64,000 bases of DNA from the NCBI GenBank assembly GCA_973895155.1, contig OZ316899.1:10877135-10941134 (forward strand), read 5' to 3'. The position numbers and the translations under genes are program-made. Below are positions 37,312-51,309 of the stretch, piece by piece (positions within the stretch are counted from its first letter, which is position 1; each line of letters opens with the position of its first letter). Origin of the DNA: Marsupella aquatica (taxonomy: Eukaryota > Plantae > Marchantiophyta). The notes under the pieces were generated by a model that searched no databases, had not been told where the DNA came from, and was given only the letters and a program-made list of their open reading frames with translations.

Positions 37312-40300
37312 CACTAGTACATTTTTGGGCCTTTATTCGATAGGATTTACATCGGATCCCTTCAGGAAAATTGACGCAAAAATTTCTATCATCCGATGCA
37401 ATTCCCAACGCACTTTATGATGCCCAAACCATCGCATATCGACCATCGGACTTCCATTGGACTTTCCGATATTTTGGGCAACGGAAGTTCCATTGTAATG
37501 TGTTACGGATATTTTAGATCCGATGTAAAATGAATTGGATAACTAACACGCAATGGCACACGATGATTTCCTATGTCCGATCCTATTTAAATCAGGATGT
37601 CCGATAGATTTTATATGGCAATTTGCGAAGTAATTTGTATCGGACATTGCGTTATTTATCAAAATGGAAAGTGCGTTATTTTTTGTATCAGACTATCCGA
37701 TAGATTTAAGATGGGAACCTTGAAGGAGGGGTCCGATGCGTTGGGGATGGGAAAGTTCGAAGGCAGCAGCATCAGACACTGCTATATTACCGATACGGAT
37801 GGTAACGGACTTGCAATGGATTATCAAATGTTCTGGGGGTGGAATACAGGGTTTCATGGGTGGTTTTTGGGGGTTTGGGTATTGGTTTGGGGTTGAAGGT
37901 GACATACACCAATTAGGAACCAAAGATAATGCTATAAACACGAGGTCAAAATATCATATTCAAAAAGGGGATCACCCCAATATGTACAAAATGGATTAGG
38001 CCTACCGGGTAGACCCCTCCTGGTCGTGATGGCACGATAGAAGATGTAAAGAGAGCTTTGACTAGAGACTACACTAGCTATATACAAGGTACCTCCTAGT
38101 GAGTGTCTAATCAAAGCTGTCTAGCACTAGATACCCACCTAAATGCAACTAACCTCTAAAAAGGTGTGTTGTGTCCCTTCTTCTTCTTTGGGCGAGAACG
38201 AAGGGTGGGTACAGGTCTAGCATCATGAGAGCCCTCCTCCCTCTGGCTGCCCACAACCATGGCAGCCACCTGCTCACCAGATGGCATGGGTTGGCCTGAT
38301 GCAGGCCTAGACCTTGACCCACTAGATGCACCGCTAGGGTGGTCAGGCAAGGTAGATGTCCCACCAACCCCCGACATGACAGAGTGAAAGGAGGCCTCAA
38401 CTCCTCCCGCCTACCTGCTAGAGTGATGGGATGGTGCACCGACAGATCCTGTGGGTGGCCCATGTCGTGCTATACTCCCACCAGACTCACGAGATGGTGC
38501 GCGCCCTCTAGATCCACCATCCGGCACGTCGCCACTACCTCGTCGGGAAGGGCCACCTACACCAGATACCCCTATGCGATGGCCTTGTCCCATGCCATCA
38601 CCTCTACTACCCCCTGAGTGCCTGGGCCCCGCACCCCGTGATGCTCCAGAGCGATGGGAGCCCACACCATCAGCAGCATGTGACCCACCCCTCCCTGCTG
38701 ATGGGGCAACGGCACCAGATGGGGCAACAACACCTCGGACCTGAGGAGTAGGGGTGACTGTGGGCACCCTCCCCAACCCTGCCTCAGCATCCTGCTCAGA
38801 ATCTGAGTCTAACTCCTCCGACCCAGACCCCTCCTCATCCTGCGCAATACGGTTTAATTGCAGTTAGAATGAATGGTCATGACCATAACTCTAACAAATT
38901 TGTGACAACCTTAAACATTATGTCACCCTAGGGTGAACACTTACCTCTCCCAACTCATCCTCAAGGTGGCGCTTTAGAGTGCGGGGTCCATCCGTCTTTG
39001 CCAAATTCCTCTCCAACGGCGCAATAGGGCGACCATACTCCCGCTCCTGAAATTTAAAGATCCAAACCATAGAGGCCAGGTTAATATCAAATCTAGTATT
39101 AGCGTGCCCTACCCTAAACCAAGCCACCCTACATAGCCCTAATGTAACCTTAAACCATAGTTCACCCTAACTTATACTCTACCCTAGTAAAAAATTAACA
39201 TTAAGTATGTTCATTCAAAAATTTAAATGTTTGCCGAGGGGTCCGATGCAGAGTCCGATACAGCCTGCATCGGACGTATATCGGATGCATAACAGGCAAA
39301 ATGGCATGACACGGTGTCTGATGCTGCTTTCGATGCAAAACCTATCGGATGAGTATCGGAAAGAACAGGCCCAAGAGCAAAAACGAGTTTTGCAAAGGGT
39401 TTAAACAAAAAACATAAGGCACAAACAACTCATTCTTTGTGCGAGGAGTCAGGTGATCAGGGAGTCGAGGTGGGGAGGAGAGGGAGGGCACTTACAAATT
39501 CAGCCTTCAATCGATTAGAGCCACCTTGCCCCATCCAGTGAGTGATGGTAGGCCTCCCCTGCACTCTCTCCAATGCTGCTATGATGTGCCTTGGTGGTTT
39601 GGGGAGTCTTGTTGCCTGAGCTGCCCATTGTTGCAGGTTCTGTTGAAGGGGGAGGATATCAACATTCTCCCCAGCCTTTCGCTTCTCCTCTGCCAGCCTA
39701 ATTTCGTTGTCCCAATGTCTTCTTTTCAGCCAGGCACGGACTGAGAGTTCCTCCTCAAGCCAAGCCGCCCACTCATCGGGGGAAACATCGTCTAGACAAC
39801 CCTCCTCCCTGATCACCTCTGCATCCACTGCCATATCTCCAAGGTACTTTCTGAATTTCTCTCGCTGATGATTGCGCATGTCTGAGAGTGATGCTGAAAT
39901 TTGTTTGTTTAGGAACCTGTCATCAATGTAGGCCCTGTTCCTCAACCGTTCCTTCACCTGCTCTTTGATTCTCAATCTCTCTTCCTGCTTCTTCTTGCCC
40001 CAGTAATCCAGTGGCCCCAAATTGGCCCTCAGCACCTGCTTGAATTGGCTTCAAAATAGATGGTAGCTCTTAGGCAATGGACCACCACCCGAATTGAGAG
40101 CTAGCTCAGGCCTGAGAGCTCTCTCTGCCTCCTTTCGCCTCTGCTCCTCCAATCGCACCTTCTCAATTGCCCTAGCTTCTTTTCAAAGCTTTTTCTCTTG
40201 TTTTCTTGGAGACAGTGTCTCCTCTGCATCCCCCTTGCCTCTCTTTGCCTCTTTCTTCCTCTTCTTTTCCTCCTTCTCACTTGCAATGCTTGCAGCAGCA

Positions 40301-41004
40301 GTCTTCTCTGCCTCACGCCGAGAGGCATCAATCAGCGTTTGGAGGAGTGGGACTACTCTCTCCGTGTCCTCCACACTCAGCCCTGCCTTGGCCACGAAAA
40401 TGTCCCTCATAACTTCATTGTATGGCTGGGACGGTCCCCCTTGCTCTCCACCACCACCTGATCCCCCTTGGTCTCCCCCACCACCTGATCCCCCGACCCC
40501 CTCCATCTCTCCTCCTCCTTCAAGCTCTCCTCCTTGATCCAGCTTCAAAAAATTTGAAAAACACCAAGTGCAAAACGGGGCTCGACGCGCGGGTCTTCGC
40601 ACCTGCATCGATTCATTTTTCCGAAACAAAACCTTCTACTTCCAATTCTTTTTGTTTTGGACTTTGCAAACCCAAAGGTATCGGACACGCAATCGGACTT
40701 TCCAAAACTATCTGCTTCAGACCCCTCGTCCTTTTCTTGTGGCCGTGTATTTACCAAGTGTGGCCCGACTCCTATTGCATCGGACCCCTCATGAAGTTAT
40801 ATCGGATACCTCTTGGCTTTCCCAAAGGGGGTCCAATATAATGTTTTGAATTTGGGTTGGGTATGGTATTGGAGGGTTTAGAGTATAATTTAGGATATTT
40901 AGGTTTTGTATGGGGTAAGGGCACATGGTTGGAGTTATCATTTGCTTTCATATTTGAATCCGCGTTTTGTAGGGCTCTACATATGTGAACGGGACAGTGA
41001 ACGT
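37312..41004 (-). mobile_element. CACTA-like DNA transposon remnant with TnpA-like fragments
   Basis: CACTAGTACA at 37312. Dense ATCGGA/TCCGAT motifs at 37350-37740, 39240-39360 and 40680-40810. ORF 39457..40035 contains DDVSPDEWAAWL. The other end is not seen. Confidence 0.55.
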
Positions 41005-41390
41005 TGTCACGTGGACTTTAAGTTAGGGGCTCCTCGGGCAAACTACACGCTTCTGGCTACGATCAGGACAAGTGACAAGCACTTTTTGGAGCGAACTCTC
41101 ACTCCTTTATATTTTTTACTTTTCTCACAAAGTTTACAATAGGTGCCCTTGAGTAAGCTTGCCCACAAGAGTGTGGTAGCTGGCCCTACGACGGGCCGCT
41201 ACCTCTAACTTATCGGGTAGAACTCCTCGAGTGACTAACTACTCGAAATTTGACGGAAAAACTATCCTCCTTAGTTCACAAAACCAAAGCTCGACTAGCT
41301 ACTCCACTAGTCTAAAACAGCTCACACGGAACTCAGGCCTGGACCAACGAGGCTCCAGACTCGAGAAAACTCCCCGCCTTGATCAACGAG
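41005..41390 (-). repeat. Half of a gypsy A LTR, cut at the inversion breakpoint
   Basis: Matches 2982-~3360. Confidence 0.88.
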
Positions 41391-44027
41391 CAAGCCACTT
41401 AAGACTCGGTACTTAAATCACTATAATCCCCGTATCCTATTAATGGGAAGAACTACAACTAAGATTTGATCACATGCGCACCATCTCCCTCCCAACAGCC
41501 CGCCACAACTGGATTAATCTGCGAGTACAAGATCACACCACAATTGCAAATAATAACAGTGAATTATTCAGGATCACTTCACAACTGGCAGTTTGTGGCA
41601 GCCCTGTAGATGATGCTGAGAAAATCGAAAAGACTTTATCTACGTTTCATGTTACCAATCTGGTACTGGCAGCCTAGTATCGTAACATGAACTTTACTAG
41701 ATATTCACAGCTAATCTCACATATGCTACTCGCGGAGAAGCACCAAATGTTATTGATGCAGAATGCAAAGATGAGGCCACCAGGAACCGCACCCCTACCA
41801 CCAAAACCAGAGACCCACCTATATGAGCCAGCAAATAGACAACGGGGACACGGTTGTGGGAGCTTTAGGGGGAGCAGAGGCCGACCATTTGGTCGAGGTC
41901 GCTACAAAGGCCGTGGAAGAGGCCGAACTGAATTTAATGAAATAGCACAAGACCCTTGGAATAGAAATGGTTTTTGAGGACGAAGCTCTGGCCAAGGATT
42001 CCAACACCAGAGACGAGATAAGTTTCCTCCACTCTTATGTTTTTGCTATGGCACAAAAGGACACATCCAAAAGGCATGCAGAGCAACAACACATCTAGTC
42101 AAGCTCTATAAAGAAAGCTTAAACAAGCAAACACCAGAGGCACAAGGGAGTTATATGGAAATACCAGAGAGTATAAACACACATATAACGGACACAGAGA
42201 TGCCTGAAGCTCACATAGTTCACTATGAATCTGAGATTACACACAACTCAGATCCCTCTGATTGCATTGTCGATTGCGGAACTTCCCATTCGATCCTTAG
42301 GTCAAGGCAATTCTTCAAAAATATTTCCCAGTCCAATAGAGCAATTACAACAATAACAGGTCAGAACCAAATCGAGGAAGGAAATGGCCCAGCTACTGTC
42401 GAATTCCCTGGAGGGACAGTCATTCATATCCGCTCAGCCATTTATGCACCCAAGGCCACACAAAACTTGGTCAGTTTCCAAGACATCACAGCCAACCAAC
42501 TTCATATACATACAAACAGAACTGAAAAAGGGGTAGTCCTCCAAATACTAGAGAAGACACACAAGGGAATGCAAGTCAGGGAGATCTTACTGATTTCCCC
42601 ACCAGGCTTATATATTACAAAATACAAGCATTCCACACTGAAAGAACAGTCCCCACATTAACAGAAACATGGCACAATTGACTCGGGCACCCCGGTACTA
42701 CGATGTATCATCGTATAATCCGGGACACCGTAGGAATACCTAGGGGAGTACACCCTTCCACTTTGAAACAACCATGCCTGGCTTGCGCTCAAGGCAAACT
42801 GATAATCAGACCTGTTGTATCAAAAACTACACATGTAATACCAAGATTCCTCGAAAGAATCCACGCCAATGTATGTGGACCCATAGACCCACCTTCAGGC
42901 CCCTTCAGGTTTTTCCTTGCCATTATTGATGCTTCATCAAAATGGTCTTAGGTTTCATTGCTATCAACAAGAAACTTAGTTTTTCCTTGAATACTATCAC
43001 ACATTTTGAAGCTGAAATCACAATTTCCAAATAACCCAATTAAAACATTAAGGGTAGACAATGCAGGGGAGTTCACCTCGAAGACTTTTGATGAATTCTG
43101 TGAGACAGCTGGCATAGACACCGAGTACCCAGTTCCCCACGTTCATTTCCAAAATGGAATAGCAGAGTCATTAATCAAAAGACTACAGCTAATTGCTAGG
43201 GCCTTGCTAATGCAAACCCAATTGCCAATTACAGCCTAGGGCCATGCAATCCTACATGCTGCGTCATTGCTCAAATACCGACCATTTGCATTCAATTCAC
43301 ATACCCCACATTACTTGGCATTTGGACTTCCACCAAACATCTCACATCTTCGTACATTTGGATGTTTGGTCCTTGTTCTGATCATGGGCCCTAGACGAAC
43401 CAAAATGGGACCCCAAAGACAAAGAGGGATATATATAGGATATGACTCACCATCAATTATACATTTTCTTGAACCGACAACAACAGATGTATATACGGCC
43501 AGATTTATAGACTGCAGTTTTTTTGAGGATGTGTTCCCTCGACTAACAAATCCAGAAAACATCGAGGCTACATTAAAGACATAGATCCTACAATGGCAAT
43601 CTCCAAATCCATTTCAAAATGATCCAAGGACCAGGCAAGCAGATGAGGAAGTAAGACAAATTATCCATCTTCACCAGATGCTCGAGAAGCTACCTGATGC
43701 ATTTAATGATGCAGCAGCTGTAACACATTCACATATAGAGGCAGGAAATGTACCTGCCAGAATAGCTGCACCAAGCCGGTTAGCTTCAAAAGCAGCTCCA
43801 AGAGCTAAGCGCGGTCGACCACCAGGTTCAAAAGACAATCAACCTTGACAAAGAAGATCACAGGCTAACACAGTAAATACATCAATACCTGTGGTACACA
43901 CTGCCCTACCACCCACAACGACTGTTGAAAATGAGGAAATTACCATAAATTACATGCATACTAGCAGAATATGGCATACAAACAATACAATAATAGATGA
44001 TATTTTTGCCTATGCAATTGCACAAGA
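41391..44027 (+). pseudogene. Bianca-like copia gag-PR-INT, disrupted
   Basis: WINLRVQD, EKTLSTFH, IVDCGTSHSIL, WH..LGHPG, C..C.QGKL, FLERIH, LRVDNAGEF, QNGIAES and RTKMGPQR. Confidence 0.92.
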
Positions 44028-45223
44028 TGTGGTGCGTCCCATGGGTCCCTAAACCCAAGAAACCCCTCTCACATGCCGATTCCCGCAGGTTTCGCTCTTG
44101 GCGAGGCCAATTTTGCGGCTTTAGCGGCATGGGACGCTGCTAACTTCCTTCTACTACTATTGCTATTAACATTTTACTCACATATACTAGACAGATCCTT
44201 CATCGGGTAATGAGATACGTAGCCGGCCTATTCTCGGCCTTCCCTTGTCCTCCTCTCTTGGTTTTCTTTTAGGTATCTTTGGATTCCGCCGCCGGAATGA
44301 TCCCCAACTGGCTTGGATAAGCCGCTAAGACCTCTCTCAGCTCGACACATCCAACTCTTACTACCTTGCTTACTCCCTTCTTGGTTGATGTGGGCAGTCT
44401 TCAAACAAGTTAATGCGACACACAAATAGCAAAATGACTCCTTCTAACTGAGTTATACCATGCACTTGCCATACAAACAGTACTTCTCATATACAAGATT
44501 TGCGAACTAAGCCGTGAGGCCAACTCTATTCATTTCTTAGGTATGAGGAAACATGAATATACACAAGGGTCACAGTATAACTAACCGAGAGATTCTTTAA
44601 CTACTTGATCCCAGCCCTGTTGGTGCACTAAAAACTTGCTAAGGAAGAAGGCCTCGAACTCCCCGCAGCCCAGGTACTTATCCTGGTAGTGGATCCGCCT
44701 AATTCCTTGTAGCGTAAGCCTAATCTACCTAACTGTAATCTACCTATGTACAGCGAGGCAGGAGCACAAGTGTTGCTCTTACCAGTGGATCCGCAATCCC
44801 ACTAAGCTAAGTGTCAGGGCCGCCCCTTGGTCCTGATCCTAATTCTAAACTTGGAGATCTGAGCCTGCCCTGCCCACTCACGCCTCCTCCCTCCACGTCC
44901 GCCCTCCTTAAAAGGAGCGGTCCTCCACCACCGCCATGGCAGCAGTGTCTGGTCCTTAATGGACGCCCCCAACACTTCCTTCACAGCCACTACTGTAGGT
45001 CCGTCCTCTGATAGATTACCTGCTCCTGACCGAATCAACTCTCCATTGGCCTGACTGGGTCCACCCTCGGCTTCGGCCTCAGCATTGGCCACGGCCATGG
45101 TTCCATAGTCACCCTTAATTGTTTATATTTCCCTATTTTTGTTACTATACTAAGGTGTTTCCTAGGATACACTCCTGATTTTACTAATTAAACTGGCCTA
45201 ATGATTCCTGGCTAGGCATCACA
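44028..45223 (-). repeat. 3' LTR of gypsy family C, probably internally deleted
   Basis: Minus strand reads TGTGATG...CACCACA, with PPT AAGTGGGGAGCTA at 45224-45236. Matches 14850-15898. Confidence 0.85.
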
Positions 45224-48200
45224 TAGCTCCCCACTTAATTGTGAAGCGTCCTCGCGAACAACTTCATCTTTGTCCATATAGTATTTCTTGAGGCGATCGT
45301 AATGAATGCGAATGGGGTATATTTCTCCAGTAATGTTGGCCAATTGCACGGAGCCATTGGAGAACCTCATGTTTACTCTGAAGGGTCCTAACCAGCGAGT
45401 GTAAAGTTTACCCGGGAACCTACTATACCTACTATCATAAAGTAATACAAGATCTCCTGTGTGGATACTAACTGGTTTCAATATTTTATCGTATTGCTGC
45501 TTCATGGTATTCTGTCTATATTCTACTCTCTTGGCTGAAATCATTCTTGCTTCCTCTAAAGCTTCTAATCTATATTCTCGCTCCTTTAGGCTTTCCTCCT
45601 CAGAGACTCTTTCCTCAATTGTAATTTGAAATGTGGGTATCTCAAGTTGCATGGGTACTAGAGCTTCTTGCCCAAAGGTTAAGAAAAAAGGTGTATGACC
45701 GGTAGTGGATTTATAGGCTAAATTGTAAGCAAAAACAACAGCAAACAATTTATCATCCCAATCGAGTTTGTTCTGAGCTATAGTTTTGTTTAATATTTTT
45801 CCTATAATCCCATTGGCTCGTTCTGTCAACCCATTTGCCTTTGGGTGGTAAGGAGTAGTAGGTCTATGTCTAACTAAATACTGCTTATTTAAACGACTAA
45901 TTATATCATTCAGAAAATGGGTTCCTCTATCACTAACTAATTCTAAGGGTGCTCCATACCTGGTGAAGATCTGCTCATACATGAATCGAGCCGTAGTAAT
46001 TGCGTCATCCTTCGTCGTCGGCCTGGCCTCCACCCACTTAGTTGCAAAGTCCGTGGCCAGGATTATGTACTTGTTTCTCCGAGGATGGGTCAATGGTTTC
46101 AGAGGTCCCATGAAATCAATACCCCACTTCTCGAATGGTGCCAGAGGTAGAATAGGGTGCAGAGGATGTCTTGTGGACGCCCTTGGTCCTCCCGCTCGTT
46201 GACAAGGATCGCATTGTTTGATAAACTGATAGACATCTTTGTGCAGGGTGGGCCACCAGTAACCGGCGTTTAATATCTTTTTAGACGTGGTCCGCCGGCC
46301 TCCTCCCCATTCATAGCCCGTAAGACTCATTTTACCTCTCCCTTCTCCAAACACCTTTGAATCGTGCCACTGATTCCATACCTATGTAGCACACCTTTAA
46401 TGTACTGATATTGTCTGATCTTCCGCAGAAAGACTGCGGCTTGTTCTCGGGTTAGCCCTGGCTGTAATCTGGACGTGCTAAGAAATTGCAAAATCTCAGG
46501 GTACCATGTATCAGCTATTTCCACAACAAATAGCTCTTTGTCGGGAAATCGGTCATCGATGCAATCTGTGGCAGGTTCACCTGTGATTCTTGAAAAGAAG
46601 TCGGCATTGGCGTGTAGCTTTCCCGACTTGATTTTTAGCTTGTAGTCAAATTCTTGTAATAACAAAATCCATCTTGCTACCCTGCCTGTAAGGTCCGGCT
46701 TATTTACTAGGTATTTCAAACTTTCATGATCGGTATGAAAGATTACTTTGTACCCTAGCAAATAATGCCTAAACTTTTTACATGAATAAATGACTCCTAA
46801 AGCTTCTCTTTCTGTGGTGGAGTAGTTTCGTTCAGCATCGGCAAGCTGGCCGCTTGCAAAGTATATGGGATGGTCCCTTCCTTTCTCATCTAATTGATTT
46901 AGTACTGAGCCGATACAGAAGCCTGAGACATCTACGAAGACATGAAAATCCTTGTTCCAGTCTGGTGCTATCATGACTGGGGCCTCTACTAACTTTTGTT
47001 TTAATTCCACCACAGCTGTTACTCTTTCTGCTGTGGGTTCAAAGTCTGCGCCTGCCTTGAGCATGTTGGTTAATGGTAAAGCTAGCTTGGCAAAATCTTT
47101 GATGAACTGGCGATAATACCCAATGCACCCCAAGAAGGATCTCACATCTTTTATGTTTTTAGGTTGCATGATATCAAGCCATACTGCTAGCTTACCCTTG
47201 TCAATCTCAATGCCCTTCTTCGATACTTTGTGCCCTAGCAGCACACCTTCTGTTACTCCAAAGAAACATTTATTTGGGTGTAACTTGAGACCTACCTCTC
47301 TGCATCTCATGAAGGTCTTCCTTAGGTATTTAGCATGCTTCGATGCTTTCCCAAATACTGCAAAGTCATCAATGAAGATTTCCATGAACTTTCTCAAGTA
47401 GTCATGGAAAATGTTCACCATTAATCGTTGGAACATAGCTGGTGCGTTGCAGAGTCCAAACGACATACGATTGAAGACATAGATCCCCCATTCCGTGACG
47501 AAGGCCGTCTTGATTTGGTCCTCCTGCCTAATCTTGATTTGGTTATAACCAGAGTACCCATCCATGAATGAGTATAATTCATGACTGGCTACCATGTCTA
47601 GTACCATATCAGTAAAGGGTAAGGGAAAATGGTACTTTAATGTAGCCTCATTCAACTTCCTGTAATCCTGACAAACCCGGATCTTGGGTTTACCATCGGG
47701 TCCAGCCTTCTTGGGAACTATCACAATTGGAGACACCCAGTCTGAATGTAGGACTGGAGTGATGAATCCGGCTTCCACTAGTTTGTCGATTTCAGTTTTG
47801 ACCATTAGGGAATACTTAGGGTTCATCCTTCGAATTGGTTGTCAAAATGATTTGGCCCCTAACATGAGATCAATTCGATGTTCTCCTAATTTTGGGTCTA
47901 CTCCCTTCAGGTCTTGGTGACTCCATGCAAACACATCCTGAAATTCAATCAGTAATTCATTGATTTCTTTCTCAAGCTCAGGTGCTAGGTCCCGTCCCAA
48001 GTTCAGTTCCCTTCCTTCTCCTAAGTCGAGCTTTCGGTATTGCCATGCTTGGATCATATTAATCTGCTTCTTTAAGTTTGGGTCCAATTTGGCTTCCAGC
48101 CTCTCCAGTCTCATACCTCCATAAATTGGAATCTTGGCCGTACTAGCCGAGTCGGTTTCTACCTGGTTATCCGCAGAATGTCCCCTCGCCGGACTATTCG

Positions 48201-49687
48201 GTTTTGAATTGGTGATCGGCTTCCCTTCCGGCCTTGGCTCTAGCTTATTTTTGTGTATCTCATCCATTCCTGCCTCCTGAGAATCAGGTCGCTGTGCTCG
48301 TCCGGCTTCTAATAGGGCCTCAATTTGTTCTGCCCTTGTAATCGGCTTGTATGCCGATTCCATGGTATTTACTTTATTGTCGATGATAGACGGCATTGTG
48401 GATCCTGTCGGCTCTGCCACAACGCTTGAGGAAAATCCACTAGCTCGGGTGCAGCTCCCCACTTAGCCGTTTCATCCAACTGGTCCACTTTTTGTGCTTC
48501 CTCCGGAATTGAAGCTAAAAAGGTGGACTCTATGGCAAAGCAGTCCTCAGTTTCGTCTTCATATTCCTCCAAGTCACTCTCCATAGGTTCTTGCCATAGT
48601 CTGCTGGGGGATACCTCTGGTCCAAAGATGCTTTCTTCGGTCAGGTTAGTGAGGCATTCTAGCCAACGTACCTCATCTGCTGACTCTAGTCCACTGTCAT
48701 ACCTGTCTACCTCCCTGATGCTTCTCCTTCGGTCATCCTTAGTGTCCCAAGATACCGTGATAGTAGGGTTTCCAAAAGTGAACTCCTTCTTCCCCCAATC
48801 CTCTATTACCTTGGCTAGATACAGCCATGGCCTGCCAATCAATAGCCGAAATGACGTAGGGTTTACCAGCTTCATTACTACATAGTTAATGCTAAAGAAG
48901 ATCCCTCCTATCTCAGTCTTGATGCCAGTTAACACTCCCATGGGAATGACCTGATACCCATTGGCCATGTTCAACACTCTTCCAGTCATCTTCGGCGTTA
49001 GTCCCCATCCTTTTGTTGTTGAATCAATCATAATACATACCCCTGATCCTCCATCGATGGGTACCCTTAGTAATATTTCTCCTTGAATCATTAATGGTAG
49101 TGCTGGGGCTCCTTGATCTTCTTCTATCATCAGCACGTCGGATCTAGTTGCTACCTTGGGTAACCTCGGCTTGCCGAGAATGGCCTTTCTTAACTGCTTC
49201 CGAAAGTACGGGCTATTTTTCAATAGTTGACCTACTATTGCCGAGACTCTAGATTCTAGTACATCTTTAGCCAAGTCATAGGGGACTATCGGCTTCTTTT
49301 CTGTCGGTGTCTCTGTATGGGCTTCTGCCGGTTTTTTCATGCTAGTTTCCACAGCCCTCGGATCCTCCGAAGCGAACAACGCTTTTGATCATTTCACATC
49401 CTTAGCTATGGCTTCGGTATTCTCCAGGGTTTCCAATTCTTGCAGTTGTTCCTTAACACTAGCCGTAATAGAGGGGTAAAACAACTTAGGGTGATCTCGA
49501 TTGAAGTCGCTGTCCTGTGAAGGATTGGGCTCACTAGTGGGCTCATGGCTTACCTGTGTTGCCGACGCCCTTCCTTCTCCTTCTGTTGATGTTGATGAAG
49601 AGTCGATCTTTTCTTCTTTAACCTTCCCCTTATTTTTGGCCAGCCCATCCCACCTTTCCTTCCTTCTGGTGGATCGAGTAGAGACCT
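45212..49687 (-). pseudogene. gypsy C pol (PR-RT-RH-INT), non-chromovirus/Athila-like
   Basis: PIDGGSG, DYRKLN, MDGYSGYNQI, FGLCNAP, FIDD, VDVS..EREAL, WGIDF, SDRG and RWLGPF. Few frameshifts. Confidence 0.93.
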
Positions 49688-51300
49688 TGTCACGCGATTG
49701 ACATGGGTCTTAACACCAAAAACGTCACTATGGGTGCCAAAACCATCTCCTTGTACCTGAGGATCACGAAGGGATGTTGTGAAGGCCGGTAAACACCAAT
49801 TTATGCCCTTAACACCAGACTATCATAGCAAGACTCTATCACACATCACCCAAGCTCAATCCCAAGGTTGGGGATCAGATCTGCGCTCATGATAGTTCTG
49901 GTGAGAAGGGGTCTTCATATCGGGCCCGTACACACAGGGCCTAGCGCTACGGTGCACATAGGTCTATACGTATGCTTACTGTCATAGGTATGTTTCTATT
50001 CCGCCGCCGGAATGTACCCATAAACCAGTGACTCCTGACTGATTCCCGGCTTAGGGACTTCTAAGCCATTGCCCCACCACTCTGCCATTCCACTCTCAGC
50101 AATCAGAGCTATGACAGTCCTCACCCAGCCCGCTTCAATGCACCCTGTACACCTCTCAGTGGCACTGCTAGTCCCATCATACACTCAGATTGCCTCACAC
50201 ACACACACACATCCATGAGAGAAATGAGGCCTGAGAGGAAAACTCAATTAGATTCAAAGATGTGCACAATAGTTCACTGAGAACACTTGATCCAAACACT
50301 AGGGCCGAAGGCTGTCTCCTCCAGATTGTGACGTGCTTGCCCCGCAAGCCCCATGCTTGCCATGCAAGCTCAATCCTGAACCTGAGCCCGGCTCACTCCA
50401 GATTGCGACGGCAGATTGGACTCAAACCAATCCCGTACTTGCCTTGCAAACTCAATCCTGAACTCAACCTCCTTCACTGCACTTCATTCTTGGGGGCACA
50501 TACAGATCTCACACCTCCAATTCAGAACGTCAAGTTACGCATGCATAGTTGACTCAACTTCAAAGCTGGTACCAGGCCTAACGGCAATCTACCCCAGATT
50601 GCAATGAGGCCCGGCCTCATGCTTGCCTTGCAAGCTCAGCTCTGGCCATAAATCCCTTAGTACTCTCTACCAGACAAAGGCCGGGACTCCCCGTGGATCA
50701 CGTAGCCTTGCCAGACCAAACTGTAAATGCTCCTTCTGCTACCCCTCAATCCGTATCTCAGCCTCCCGAATGTGCTCACCACAAATCAAATTGACATCCT
50801 CCCCACAGTTTACAATCACCAATACATCACCTATCACCAAGGCTCTGTATCGGGGGAAAAGAACCCAGTTGTGCTGCCCACTAGAAAGAGCCACAATCCA
50901 GCTTGCAAACCTAGCAACCCGTTGCAGCTGTGAAGCTTGGCTGATTACTCCCTGAGTAATAGCACAACCAAGCTCTCCCCAACACGCAATGTCCAAGTCC
51001 AGCCTTGCTTGCACAGAGCTCCTCCGTGCTGCTCAGTCTAAGTGAGATCACACAACTGAAGTCCCCCCCCCCTTGCCTCTACCGGGGGGCTGCTCTATAT
51101 ACTCTCATACTGAGCCCAAATGGGTGGATACTACGCTGCTGGAGCCCCATCCCAGCCCTAATAGAGCCGCCACAATCTCTAACTATTGAACCCTAACTCG
51201 TAACTTTATTTCTATCTCGAATTGGCTATGTACTTTGGATTTGGCCCTCCTCCATGGTTTTCGCGAGCTTGCGCCTCCTCTCCTGATTTCTCTATTCAAC
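49688..51300 (-). repeat. LTR fragment of a related family (D) interrupting gypsy C; right boundary approximate
   Basis: TGTCAC end at 49688. Shares TTCCGCCGCCGGAA and CCCCCCTTGCCTCTACCGGGGGGCTGC motifs with the family B LTR. Confidence 0.6.
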
Positions 51301-51309
51301 GTGGCTCTA

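Noticed and set aside
38339-38790. Pro/Gly-rich ORFs on both strands
   Set aside because: GC-rich low-complexity sequence; no product can be assigned.
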